In this document: one piece after another, positions 46,067-58,954 of the stretch
Layout of the letters: every line of letters begins with the position of its first letter
Position numbering within the stretch: position 1 is the stretch's first letter
NCBI GenBank assembly: GCA_024704765.1
Contig: JAKMXF010000299.1
Location: 1,027,353-1,091,352, forward strand
Length of the DNA: 64,000 bases
DNA from: Oopsacas minuta
Lineage: Eukaryota > Animalia > Porifera
Reading direction: 5' to 3'
Notes under the pieces: model-generated
The model's input: only the letters and a program-made list of their open reading frames with translations
Database searches by the model: none
What the model was told of the DNA's origin: nothing
Translations under genes and position numbers: made by a program

Positions 46067-47642
46067 ATGGCCGAAAATATCTCTACCTCAACTTTTGAAT
46101 TTATACACCCACATCCGAGGATACGAAGAATAGTTGAGGAGAAATTTGACATTACTGCAACAACCAATTCAACATTGAAAGGTGTTTCGCCAATAGACAT
46201 GACAAAATCAGAATAGTTTGAAATTGTATCAAGTAAGTTACGTATTGAAAAGGGTTATTTCCATGGAATGCTATACTAATTAACACGACATTACCTAATA
46301 TACATTTTTAGGTCATCACAAGAATAAGTATCCAGTGAAATCTTTTCACAATAAGAGCTAACTATTCCATTACTAGATCAATATGTACATCTGTTTGCTG
46401 GTAAACAGAAGGCTTGGCGTTTGCAAGATTGCTCCGTGGTATCCATATAAGATTTTGAAGTATTCAATGGTATGACACCTTATGTAACTACAGTGGCCCT
46501 CGCTAATCAGAACAGAACCTAAATGTTATACAAGTATATTTAATTCTACTCCGGACAAATACATAATATTATATTACACATCTTGGCAGCATTCCCGAAA
46601 AATCCGTTGATATGGTGGCTATAATTTTCCTTAAGCCTCCGAAAAATTTAGCTTAGTTATGCGAGGGGGTGGCTAAGTTAGCTATGATGTAATCAATTTT
46701 CTCGAGCGCTGCTTGGTAACATTGTAATCGTTTGCACACAACATTCGAAAAATATACTCACAGATTATATAGAGTTTCAAATCATTTTTTTCATTTCTAG
46801 GTGAAGTAATATTGACCAAGAAAAAAGTTTTGATCAAAACTTGTCTGATGAAATGCTTGTCTTGTCATACGAATTCTTGCTCACATTACCTAGCATATGA
46901 ATTGTGTTTCGACTTCCAAACCTTAAACAATTCCGAATCCAATTCTCACGCTAGTAGTACTTACTACAAGTTAGGTGCAAATACAATTTTTTGATGAAGA
47001 ATGGCTATCATTGCTGGAAAGAAATAATGTGGTATTGCGACAATTGTAGTAGTATGTGCAAAGAAAAATAACCCTACAGGTAATTATGGCAGAATACAAT
47101 GATCGGTTACCCGTTTCTCAGAATCCTCTTGATTATTCTACCATATGTAAACAATATCTTCCTTAAAAACCTAGTAAGAACCAGGCTATTATACACAAAT
47201 AACAGTTAAGACGAGGATTTTTTCTACCCCAAAACCTTGAACCAGATATTTCGCATTGTGGCAAGGACAAAAATATGTTGCCAAAGTCTAATCATAGCAA
47301 AAGAGGGAAGCATTATATACACAAAAAATGATGTCCTCGATTTAAAGGAACATACAGGTATGTATATACTACATACCATATATTCTGTATTGTCCTTTAA
47401 TGAAGCTGCAAAAATGTTCCTTTGGTAAAAAAACACATATTGAGTATATTGACACTGAGGGAAATATTGGACTCAACCAGCGTGTTTGAGTTTTCATAAA
47501 AGATGGGACAAGGGCGATGAATGTTCCTCAAGTTCAAGCGTATATCTATGATGTTTCTCTTCCTTTCGTTTATATTTTCACGATAAATACAAAAATGACT
47601 TTCCGTATGGAAAATACAAAGAGGTGGATCCAAAGATTGTAA
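46067..47642 (+). pseudogene. Putative decayed multi-exon gene of unknown family, head-to-head with LMBRD2
   Basis: ATG in AAACATGG context (MAENISTSTFEFIHPHPRIRR), GTAAGT donor about 46233, TTTTTAG acceptor about 46311, TTTCTAG acceptor 46800, GTATGT donor about 47358; protein-like frames with stops and frameshifts. Subjective. Confidence 0.35.
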
Positions 47643-47826
47643 TGTAATTATACAATTATATTTGGGTTGAAACGAATATACGGAATATTAGAATATTCGT
47701 TTCAATTTAATGAATATTTGATGAAAAATGTGAATAAATGGAGTAATTTCTAAAATTGCTCCATTTAATAACATTTCTCATCAACGATCATTTAAGAAAT
47801 CTAAATTTTATCTAAATGAGCTTTTG

Positions 47827-48516
47827 GCTCGTCGCTTCGCGATGAACTCGGCGCATTGCGCCTCGAGGTATTCAACAAACAAACAGACAAACAACATTGA
47901 GATAAATATATTGATGTTGTTTACAATATTCAGACTCAGCATACTCGAGTATACCAAGAGAGTCGGTGAAAGAATGATTATACCTCAATTTTGAAATTTG
48001 TTTACCTGATGTACCTAAAGCTAAAAGCATACAAATATTCACAATATGTGGTTTGCAATACCATATTCGGACTCAGTATACCTGATTACCCCAATATAGT
48101 CGTTGAAAGTATGATTCTACAGCAATATTGAAATTTGTTGATTTTATGTACCTAAAAGTAAATCATTATTCACAATATATTGTCTACAATATCATATTTG
48201 GACTTAACATACTCGATTACCTCACTATAACCATTGAAAGCGTGTTTCTACCATTTATTTCTGTATATTCATAAAAACAACAAAAATTTAGATATGATTA
48301 ATCCAAATGTGTGAGAATCGGATTCAGCATGTTCGATATTTAGTGAAGTTGTATTGAATTCTATTTGCTTCCTTGATAAACACGATAAATACATATTTAT
48401 GAGACAATTTCAAAATTGCCTACCATAAATCCTTTCCTTGACAACGGACAAACAAATAACATCAAACAAACATACAAACAAACAAACAGACAACAATGAG
48501 ATTTTATAATAAAGAT
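47827..48516. mobile_element. Non-autonomous Helentron/DINE-1-like (HINE) element with internal tandem repeat of about 130 bp
   Basis: GC-rich GCTCGTCGCTTCGCG hairpin-like block, (ACAA/ACAG)n tracts at about 47875-47895 and 48440-48492, end TATAATAAAGAT; repeat anchors at 47926, 48063, 48194. Confidence 0.5.
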
Positions 48517-50929
48517 ATTTGCAGACATGTCAATAAATTTGAATACTAGAGTCTTAATCGACTATTTGTTCTTTTTCGCTATTTCCACACTATTTAAAAT
48601 GCAATCATTTCTGTAAATGTTGGTAAATGCCAGGTTTTGTAAACTAACGAATTTTCGAGTATTCTATCGTTTTGAAAACTATTATATTCGTTTTAGCTCT
48701 AAGTATATAAATCTTACTTGTATACTACTGCGTAAAACTTTTGTACCCCAACAAATAGTCCAATACTATCGAAAACGACGAAATTTCCTAATAATCTAAG
48801 GGCAGCGTAGAAGGTTGTACCAAAATCGTTTACAACTTTCTTTTCGTTAAAGCTAAATCTAAACTAATTATTTCCAACGAAAAGAATTCTCCGAAATTAA
48901 AATTCACGAAAGTTTGAAGATTCGACAGAATTTGTGAATGTGAAATATATGACTAAAACGGTGAAATAAAATACTAAAGGATTAAGTGAAATACAATACT
49001 AAAGTATTTAACAATAAATATCACAAATATGATAGGTGGAATACAAGACTTAAGAAAGTCTTTGAAGGAAACCACAGCTAAAAGGGGCATAATATGGCTC
49101 GCAACGAAGGAATAATTGGTTCCATAGAAGCATACCTATCATCCGACTTTATGACATACCTCTTACAAGGAATAATATGATAGATGTGGTTCAACTACGG
49201 TACTAAGCAGCAATGTCTATGATAAATATGGCGAAGCATTAATAGGTGAACTTATACTATAGAACTCTCAAAGGGCTGGAGTCACTAGAGGACTGAGAGA
49301 AGTTGATATCAGTGAATCTGATGAAACCCTAAAGATTATAGTACACGATCATAAAATGGGAAAATAAAAGCTGCCGTACTATTCATGAAGAGCATTGGGA
49401 AAGATGCGATGGTGAATTTCAAAACTATATATTACCCAAAGTATCAAATGAATGACCTAAAAATAATGATTTTCTCTCATACAATGGAAATATCATAGTA
49501 CACGGAGGTGTAAAATCGAGCTTGAATATATTGACGAAGTTGATCGGAAACAAAGGAAAATAACATCAACAGGATCAAGAAGGCAGCTGCAACATTCATT
49601 GCAGCAACAAATCCAAATATAACGCATATTGTTGCAAATTTTGTGCAGCGCCAGCACAGCACCGCTGAGAAACATTAAGGACAAATTGAGGAGGCGATCA
49701 TTTAATTGAAGCATATGGTGAAATTGGAAACTGAGAGGCAAATTACAGAGAAAAATATCACTTACCTATACTGTGTTTGACTGAACTTATTCAAACTGTT
49801 ACAATATTGAATGATGTTAGGATAAATAAATAAAATAATGTCGTTATTGTTAAGACAAAACAATAGAAATTGGGAAATGTTCGCGGTAGAGAATTTAGAC
49901 ACGAAAATAGGGCCATTAGATATATAAGCACAGATAAATTGCAGAAATTATAGTAAAAGTCAAAAAATTAGCAAAATGTAAGTAGGATTCTGCAAGTATA
50001 ATTAACAAGTAAATCTCTCATAAATCATTATTTTTGGAAATTTAGAATGAGGAGTGAAGTAATATAGAAAAGATACGATGAAGTACTAAAGCTAATCAGA
50101 AAATTTACTTAATAGACTAAGCTAGCGGCACAGGTTGTAATTATGTATTTTTGTCCTCGCTCCGCTCGGATTTCAAATCCATCAAACAATATAATACCAA
50201 TTTAGTATGATTATCCAGTCCATATAATGTTCAATATGTTTCCAAAAATTGTCAGTTACTACATAAGATTAATAGAAGGGAATGCTGGAGAAGATTCAAT
50301 CAGTACAAATTCAAGAGTGTCTAATTCGGAATCAGCATATTGAATTACCCCTTTTACTGCTGTTTAGAACAATCTTCTACGATTATTCAAAGGTTATATA
50401 TTCGGGTAAAATACATATCATTATATTTTCCAACTTAAATTTGAAAATATTATATTCATAAATATAATTGAGATTATGAAAGCAACCGTTAAAGTTAGAT
50501 ATTGAATGAATGCATATTATATACAGCACTCAAAGTACCTATTGCTTAACTAATACATTTTTAGCATCTAAGAACAATAGAATTATTTCCGATGACATAG
50601 TGCTATAAAATCAATATTGTTCATTTACCTTGAGGAAAAACAATAACCAATATAAAAATTCTAGAAGTGTACAAGGGTGTAGAATCTTTTTCTCTTTCGA
50701 ATGCGGTGGAAATTTTGGTACCTTTCCTTTCATAATTTTTTGCAAGAGGCCATACAAAAGTTTGACTACTGTGAAAGAGTGGAACTTGGTGTCCGATTAA
50801 TTAGCAAATGGGAGAACACACATGAATATCTTCAATTTTCTCACATCAAATATCAAATTAATTCTATCCAATTTTGGCTGCAGGGTTTTCAAGGAGAAAA
50901 ATATGGAAAAATATAACTACCAGGTTTAA

Positions 50930-51652
50930 TCTAATGTAAACACGTGTTACATACAAGAACAAACATAAATACGTGCTAATTGGTGAAATTGAATGAAAAA
51001 ATTTGTTACATCGCATAATCACCAAGAATATGTGCTAACAGGTGATCTCGAAGGAACAAACTTGTTACATGTTATAAGCACGTAGAATATGTGTTATCAG
51101 ATAGAAAGTATTTCATTCAATTTCACACGTCAACTCGTATTCGAGGTGATTCTAACATGTAACAATATTTTCATTCAATTTCACCCGTTAGCACATATTC
51201 TATATGATCTGACATGTAACAAGTTTTTTCATATAATTTCGCCAGTGACCACATATTCTAGGTGCTTATGACATGTAGCAATTCTTTTCATTCGATTTCA
51301 CATGTTCGCACTTGTTGGTGATTCTGCAATGTAACAAGTTTTTCATTCAATTTCACCTGTTCGCACATATTCTATATGATTCTGATATGTAACTAATTTT
51401 TCATACATTTTCACATGTTACCATATTCTAGGTGCTTATGACATCTAACCAGTCTTTTCATTGGATTTCACCAGTTAGCACTTGTTCTTGGTGATTCTGC
51501 AATGTAACAAGTTTTTTCATTCAATTTCACTTGTTATCACATATTCACAGTGATTCTAACATGTAACATTTTTCTTTTAATTTCACGTGTTAGCTCATAT
51601 TCTTGGTGATTCTGAAATGTAACACGTTTCTTCATACAATTTCACCTGTTAC
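50930..51652. repeat. 58-bp minisatellite with polarity switch
   Basis: Nine forward ATGTAAC-type anchors (51157-51617, spacing 56-59 bp) and three inverted GTTACAT anchors (50946, 51005, 51064). Confidence 0.9.
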
Positions 51653-52010
51653 CAATAACTCCAAATGTTTATGTTATGCATGCAATTGATGCCTGATTAT
51701 TAATAAATTTTTGTGACCCACATTTCTACTCTTGATCAAAACATTATCTTTTATTCTAGCTCTATCTTTGTATTAGTTACATATTTTTCTCATTGCTCAT
51801 TCTTACTTTTGAGTTTTCGTGGCTTCTTCCTCAAACTTTTCTGAAATTGAACAACGAACCTATGTATATTTTGCACACTGCTTGAAATCCCATCAAATGC
51901 TATCCATGAAGACCTTGTTGCTGTTTGTGGAGATGAAGCACTTTCCTATTCTACTATTAGGAGATTGGTAGAGTTAAGGAAGTTTCAAGTACGATGGGTA
52001 GCAAATTTCC

Positions 52011-52160
52011 TTAACATTCAAACACAAGGAGGATAGAGTCACACTGTGCAAAAGAAACCTGGAAATTTACGAGCGAGCCGATCCCAGGAGACTATTTTAA
52101 TTATGACAGGAGATGAAACGTGGATGCCACTCAGTCCACCAATTAGAAAGCAGGACGGGA
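52011..52160 (+). pseudogene. mariner transposase fragment
   Basis: RVTLCKRNLEIYERADPRRL..IMTGDETW, related to the 25263-27938 family (RADSRRLFEIVTGDETW). Confidence 0.7.
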
Positions 52161-52754
52161 TGTTTGGCTCAAGAAGGAGAGGTAACTCTAGCTGTCTGTG
52201 TGTCAGACTTTCATGCAGAGCACCATAACATGTGAAAATTGGATTAAGAAATTGAATTCAGTTGTTGAGTGTGAACATTCTTAATGGAAATAGGAATTTT
52301 TAGAACCGTACGAGTAAATCTTCCGGAGAGTGATGAGTATTTATTGAATGTCCTTGTATTTGAAATTAACAAGGTTTTATTTTCTTGAGCTACCATCCGA
52401 CCTATTCTATTTACTCCTAAATCTATTTGCAATACTTTGGTCAAATCAGGTAGATAAATATATTGAAACAAGCACTAAAACCAATACCAAACTCTTGCGC
52501 TCAGGTTTGGTGAATTTAGAGCGAAACTTACGTTGCATTGTCAGTTTTTCATCGAAATATACACATAAGGCATCTGTTTTTCTCTTAGGTTGAAAGATTG
52601 AATTTAATTATCGGTCCAACTCTACGATATCTTGAGTTCTTTTATAAGGTTTAAACATATTCACTGTAAATTGGGTCAGAGTAATATAATCACCACCATT
52701 ACAACGAAGCTCAAGGGACTAAAATAATTACTTCGATTTTACAGGGGTTATATA

Positions 52755-52964
52755 CACTGCCTGGCCAAAAAGATTGGAACACCAAAGGCATGCCACCTTA
52801 GTTGTACAGGCTAAAGATGATTTCTGACAATTTTGAAAATAAATGTATCAGAAACAACGAATGATAGTATGCAATTGTTCTACTTTCTGCTATAGCCATA
52901 GAATCGACGTTTTCTCGCCTTGTACCACAATGGTACATTGTTCCAATACTTTGGCTAGGCAGTG
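52755..52964. mobile_element. Tc1-type MITE about 290 bp upstream of the CCDC93 ATG
   Basis: TIR CACTGCCTGGCCAAAAGATTGGAACA / TGTTCCAATACTTTGGCTAGGCAGTG, TA on both sides. Confidence 0.8.
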
Positions 52965-53252
52965 TAAAGGGATGAATTTATGTTATTTGACGATTTGGGA
53001 CGAGATATGCAGAATTTCTGGGTGTGATGTAAACTGTAATTACTTTTTATCTGTATTCGATCTAACAAGGGTCAATAGTACACCACTTAATTACTGACGA
53101 ATTTTCATCTGACTGTTTCGCTAGTTTTACAATAAAAATCATGGACAATCCTTTTGCCGATCACTTTGGTTTTCTGTTAATTTACCTCTAATTCCGCCAC
53201 TCTTACACTATACTAGCCTTCTGAATTATTTTCTATCTAGTTTTTTATATTG

Positions 53253-53463
53253 ATGTCTATTTTCGCCCATGCACAAATAGAATCTACAAAGGCTAAGATT
53301 CGGAAATCCAAGTATGATCAAGATGGTTTGGAGATTGAATTTGACGTCCGCGAAGATGATGAACAAGGACTCAAAGAAGTTCAAATTGTTGATTTGTTTG
53401 TTGCTGCTGGTTACTTTCGCGCTAGGATCAAGGGGTTGAGTACCTTTGACAAAATAGTTGGTG
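53253..53463 (+). CDS. CCDC93: CCDC93 (Commander/CCC complex subunit), first coding exon only
   Basis: [35 protein letters not shown] is the conserved CCDC93 N-terminus; GTGAGT donor at 53464 (phase 1). The ORF-track tail after 53463 is intron read-through. Confidence 0.88.
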
Positions 53464-54483
53464 GTGAGTTAGTATTTGATTATTTATCTGATACCTTAGT
53501 CTACGATGTACTTATTTCTTTTGCCATAATAGTTATCGAATTTCAAAAGATCGCTACTTCATGGGTGTTTATTCTATCAAGTTATATTATAATGTTTATG
53601 AGAAATTTAGGTACCTAGCCACAGTCGGCTTAATCAGTTTAGTAGTGGCTAGGGCATTTGTAAAGATTGGCTAGGTTATGAACTAACCAATCTAACTCGA
53701 GTCACCGAACCTGTGTTTAAAGGCGTACCTTTGTATATTGTGGTAGATTTTGTTTTTTCAGATGTGTTGGTAGCTTCGACGCTTCGCTTGCTAGGTGACG
53801 GCGTGACAGCCTTGTGCCTCCAAATGGGCTTAGAAATTAGTACAACCTCTAAATATCCTATTTCGTAGCTTCATTCGCACCGCCACTCCTTATACTTGGC
53901 ACTGCATTCCTCGAGTTCAGAAAATTGAGGAAAATTTTCGAAAATATTATCCATGGTTCATGTAAAGGGATTGTTGTAGCATTCTGAAATCAGTCGTCAT
54001 ACTATAGCAGCTACTCTAGTTTTCGTATGAATATAGGCACTACTTGCCTCGATTAATATCAAAATTATTTATTGTCGAAATTCGAGATTCGTTTTTATAG
54101 TCCTTCGTTAACTTTTTTTTAGAATGTGGAAATATTAATTAGGCAATAAGCTGGCGCCCTACAATGTATTATTATTTTATAGGAAATCGAATGCTTTGTT
54201 CTATTTTTTCAATTGTTTATGATGAAGTTATGACGTAACTATTAATTTATTCATAACGAGGTCATTTTAAATTTTGGTTGATATGTAGGTTTTGAAGTAT
54301 ATAATGATTAATGAATGATTATACTAAATCAGACAATCACTATACTTATACTATTAGTAGTAAACACGATGATACTGAACTAAGCATCACTAAGTAGAGA
54401 ATTAACTATCTAATCTTAATTACTTTTCAGTCCACTTTTTACAAATAAGCACTTTATGAACAGTATATTTCCGATTGCGGAAT

Positions 54484-56531
54484 AAATGGGATCACTCTGA
54501 GAGACCAAACGAAGGAATATATCCTAAGTTTCTTCGAAGAAGAATTTCTGAGGGAGCCGATACCTGAACCTCCGAATATACTTAGTGCATGCTTCTAGAC
54601 TTTCTTCAGGCAATTCTTCAAGTCCATAACCATCGTTGAAATTGGAAATAATTTCTGGAGTGTTCGCGGGGAGCTTATGTAACGTAGGAGTGATATTAAT
54701 TCAAGGAAACTTGTCTGAAGATCATTGTATGAACCTCGAGGCACACATGTGAAAGCTGTCCAGTATCAACCAATCTACTACGATCATAAACTCTGATGAT
54801 GGCTCCATGGTGTGTATGAATTACTGTTATTGATAGTTTATAATCATGAGGGATCCAGTAAAGGAAACCCACGTCATTGTAATTCTCTTTAATTAAACAT
54901 CGTCTGGCAACATTTCCAGTAGTTGAGGTCCCCCCTTGTGTGGAAGGGATGTCAATAAGTAAATTCAACTTATCTTTGATTAAACCGGAAAGATAAGAAC
55001 CAGTCAAAGCAACGGGGTTATCCATGCAAAGGAGAACTTAGAACAATGTTTAACTCCAATATCGGGTGTGAGTTCTATTGAATATTTCGTTAATTTGAGC
55101 GAGAGAAATTCTTCTTCATTGACTTCTTCAAATGTGACTTTGGCTTAAATGATAAACATATTCATTTGAAACTCTTGATTGACGAGGTCCAGGCCATGAA
55201 TCTGAGCGAATGTAGCTGTAGCTGTGCAGAACTGGCAACACGCATCACCAGCTCCACTAATAATCTTGGCAATTTTTCTTATCTATCTGCCAACGGAGAA
55301 TCTCTACTTTAGCAGTTCCGTTGTTAAGCTCTAAACCACTTGCTTCTATTTGAGTTGCTTCTGATTTATTAACGTATTAATTAGAATTTCAATATTCTGT
55401 TCATTTTCCTGTAGAGCCAGTGTAATCGTCTCATTAAGAAAGGGGAATTTTGGTATTGCATTTTTCCAAATTAACTCATTTTCAGCATTAGAGATTGACA
55501 GCACTTTGTTAGCCAATACAATAGCATTTTTCGTTGATTAGTCAGGATGAGTCACTTGCTGGTAAACACGGTTACAGCCAGATCCATCCAGTCCGCCCGA
55601 ATTTCGAAGCTTCAAGTTGTTATTGTCCTCACAAGTTGCAAACTCTGACAAAATTCTTTCTACTATATATGTTAGATGCCTACGATATGACACACCAATA
55701 CCAATACCAATAGGATATTCCTGTTGTGTGATGAAAAACACTTCATTAGGTAGGTTAATACGTACACGGTGGGCATCAATCTAGTTATAACCTGCTATTT
55801 TGATGCTATCTAACAATATCATATCTCTTAGATCTATTTCTTTCTTTTCCGATTTCAAGAGAATCCATCAAAAAGGCTGATTTTTTCACTGGACAGTTGG
55901 TTGCATCCTTGGCTGCAGTGGCGTAGACATACCTGGGGCTCCCCAGGCACCTGCCGGGTAACTGACTGTCGTGCCCCAGCAACTTTTTTCCTTCCTGGCC
56001 AATATTTTTAACAAATGTATATTTAACTGCTTTAAGCAAATTTGTTCAACTTAATAATACAATACCTTTTGTTGTTTTCTATACTCCAAATAATATCCAT
56101 ATTTATTAATATCATTTCAATTCTAGATTGGCATAAATTGTATGTGTAGTCTAAATCCAATCTTGGTCGTGTGTCGGGCAATCACTTAAGGCTGGCTAAG
56201 CCACTGCTGGGCTGTATCCTCCTTTGGCAATAATATCTTTGCATAGGTTGGCAATAGAAATGTTATGTACTTGCTTGGAGTATATAATCAGTTTATAGCT
56301 TGCTATTGCCATTGAAGGAACGTCTTCTTGCTTTGCAACAGCCTCGATATAAGATACAAGTCCAGATAATCGAATACTCGAATAATTTTCTCCGAACCGT
56401 TCATCCGCAGTTTGGTACAAATTATTCAGGACAATAAATTCAGACGTGAATGAAGTTAGCTCTTCATGTTTTCTTGAGTTTAAGAACAAACCCGCTTCTT
56501 CGTTATTCATTATAATTTTTCTAATAATCAA
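54484..56531 (-). pseudogene. Transib/RAG1-core-like transposase relic
   Basis: GGLDGSG..YQQ (D1), ISGAGDACCQFCTAT, GGTSTTGNVARR, ITPTLHKL..DGYGL..PEESLEAC.KYIRRFR..SDP (E region); possible CACACTACCTCAAAGTG terminus ending about 56729. Confidence 0.8.
55916..56206. mobile_element. hAT-type MITE inserted in the Transib-like transposase
   Basis: TIR CAGTGGCGTAG / CTAAGCCACTG; 8-bp TSD CTTGGCTG vs CTGGGCTG (7 of 8). Confidence 0.85.
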
Positions 56532-56860
56532 CGGCTAACAAAATTTATCAATTATTTGGGATAAAATTTGACTCATTATTTAAGTACCAATATTTCGAGG
56601 TCAAAGTAATATTTCAGTCACCGTAGTTATAATTAGAATTTGTAGAGGAAATATCATACTATTATACACACACAATTGATCTTCTGTCATGTGAAGGCAT
56701 CTAAACTTCTTTCACTTTGAGGTAGTGTGGGTCTTTTTATAGAAGTTGGAAATCCCAAGTTTAATATTAGAACTGTATATCCATATGATGTTAGCAATAT
56801 CTTTAGATGTTATATCCATTTCCAACAACACAAAGGCTATCAATTGATATATACGCTAAA

Positions 56861-57219
56861 CGGAACTTTCGTCTCAGGAAATTTGGTCTCTTGGAATTTT
56901 CGTATCGAGAATTTTCGTTTATTGTTTAATTTCGTATAATTTCTCGTTTATTGCAAATGTTAATAATCTCGAATTACTTACACGATAGGTTGTGGGTTAG
57001 TTGGTGTAATTTAATCAAGATTGTGCAGCTGCATTTTAAACAAATCAAAGATATTTCGAATTCCACATCTATATGATTGTTATCTTAAGTATATAAGATG
57101 CTCGTGAAGAATATCATTTATAATTACTTAAAAAGAAACAATTTGATATGAAAATTCCAGATACGAGATTTCCAAGAGGCCATATTTCCGAGACCAAATT
57201 TCATGAGACGATAGTTCCG
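56861..57219. mobile_element. MITE with imperfect TIRs of about 70 bp (Mutator-like?)
   Basis: CGGAACTTTCGTCTCAGGAAATTTGGTCTC vs GAGACCAAATTTCATGAGACGATAGTTCCG; TSD not seen. Confidence 0.65.
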
Positions 57220-58131
57220 CCATTCGATGTATACATAGCACATAATTGACGTACTGGAGCTTAATTATTTATAATTACATCATGGATGAAAATTGAATCC
57301 TAAAATAGTATATTTAGAAAGATTATAATTAATTCACTTTAAAAGCTTGTAGGATCGTAATAGTACAATCATTGTAATATTCAAACACGTTCAAATTGAA
57401 AATTATTACAAGATACTAATTCTTTTACTTGATATTACGGTTTGTTTGTCAATTTTTTTTGTATTGAACTGATTGTTGAACTGATAAGAAATAAGGATTG
57501 AATTTCCCATGCATATATAGAACAGGCTAAACCTAGAAACAGGTGGTCTTATTTATGCAAAATCTTTACAGCCATATTGGAAGGGTGGCAAATGTCTTGA
57601 CCATATAAGATTTGAAAAGACGATCAACTCTTAAATTTATTGTAAATTCCAGAATGGAGAGAAACGAGAGTTAACTACAGGAGATGGGTCTACAAATGAA
57701 TGCTCCAAAAAATAGATAGGAATTTCTTTCTGATTCAAATTTGTATAAATTTGTAAAAACAAACGTTCTTAAGAGAGATTTAGAGATATAATTCCTAGAT
57801 AAAGATGATTGTAAGGATAACAATATAGATTTAATGTTCCTTGTTTACTTGAGTATATTCTCCCAGAACTATGCATATTGCTGTTGTGTAATTTTCCAAA
57901 TCCTGTCTAAAATAATCAAGCTTTTATACGTATCTTGGTCAGAGGAAGAGTCATAATTATTCAATGCATTCCAATTGTAGTAGCATATACGCATATACTT
58001 ACATTTGTGATCTTTTCAAATTGGTTACGATCAATGACATATTGAGATGAGATCTCACAAAGTATTCAGGATTCATTTATACAAATCTTTTCAAAAAAAA
58101 TTACTCACTATATTGAACTTACAAAGATATA

Positions 58132-58294
58132 CAGTAGAACCTGGTTAGCCCGAACACTATTAAACAAATTCCGGATAATAGGGACAAATATTTCAACAAA
58201 ATCATCCCTAAAATGATTTTTCAATTAATATTGCTCCGGCTATGAAGTAAAAATTTTGGAGGTCAGCTCGTGTTCGTATTTACGAGTTCTACTG
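58132..58294. mobile_element. pogo/Tigger-like MITE
   Basis: TA+CAGTAGAAC ... GTTCTACTG+TA. Confidence 0.7.
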
Positions 58295-58600
58295 TAAGTA
58301 TAGATGCACTCACAGATATACAGATGAATTGCGTTTTAAGGGCAGAGATTGTCCGTTCAACGTACAATTGTTGGTTGCGTAACTTCGGATAGGCAGATTT
58401 CTGTAATAGAAACTTTGCAAGTTGAGAAATCTCCGCTTAATGAAAAGGTTTTGTTGGAATTTGTTAAAGGTTGAACCATATTTGGTTTGACCAACGATGG
58501 CCATCCAACTTTTCATAGGCTTACGACATTAATCTATCAAAAATTTGATAAAACACATGCTCGCGAATATGTAATTTTTTGTACTTATATTATTGAAGTT

Positions 58601-58954
58601 TTAGACCAAAATTGGATGAGAGATGAAGATATGTTTGTGCTTTGAGGAGTGCTCTCGATACTTTCTCCATGATGGTGTCGATTTCAAGCGTCCTCGCACA
58701 TCCCTATGAACCTCCAGCACAGAGTAGTGGTTTAACCTCTGCTGGGTTTGCGAAGTCCGGAGATAGGTGTGTATCATGCCTAACATACTAAAAGACCTCT
58801 CAGCTTCACAAGTTGTCATAGGCAGTGACATATATATCACGCAAAGCATATTAAGATTTGGCAGCAACAAATTCAGGGACTTTTCTTCAGCAAAAGTCTG
58901 TCTCAGCGTTAAAATAGTCGCATCGTTACCCATAGCTTTGCATCGAACGAACAC
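58601..58954 (-). pseudogene. hAT (ZMYM1-like) transposase C-terminal fragment
   Basis: PNLNML..SLPMTTCEAERSFSML..HTYLRTSQTQQRLN motif. Confidence 0.8.

Noticed and set aside
46951-47220. In-frame TAA/TAG stops that could all be read as Gln (alternative genetic code or ciliate-derived DNA)
   Set aside because: Frameshifts are also present (about 46350, 46950, 47220), stop density is near random for AT-rich DNA, and neighbouring intact genes use the standard code.
48700-48940. Possible Penelope GIY-YIG remnant (EKNSPKLKIHESLKI)
   Set aside because: Only the terminal motif is suggestive; no convincing GIY/YIG or RT motifs.
50930-51652. Regularly spaced repeats as a CRISPR array
   Set aside because: Units are contiguous tandem repeats without unique spacers, there are no cas genes, and the context is eukaryotic.
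53762-53870. Candidate CCDC93 exon 2 after TTTTTTCAG (ATGTGTTGG, MCW)
   Set aside because: Wrong phase for the phase-1 donor, an immediate stop in the MCW frame, and the phase-compatible frame does not resemble CCDC93.
57530-57710. Tudor-like peptide (GGLIYAK..YWKG..FQNGEKREL)
   Set aside because: Short, broken and not distinguishable from chance by eye.
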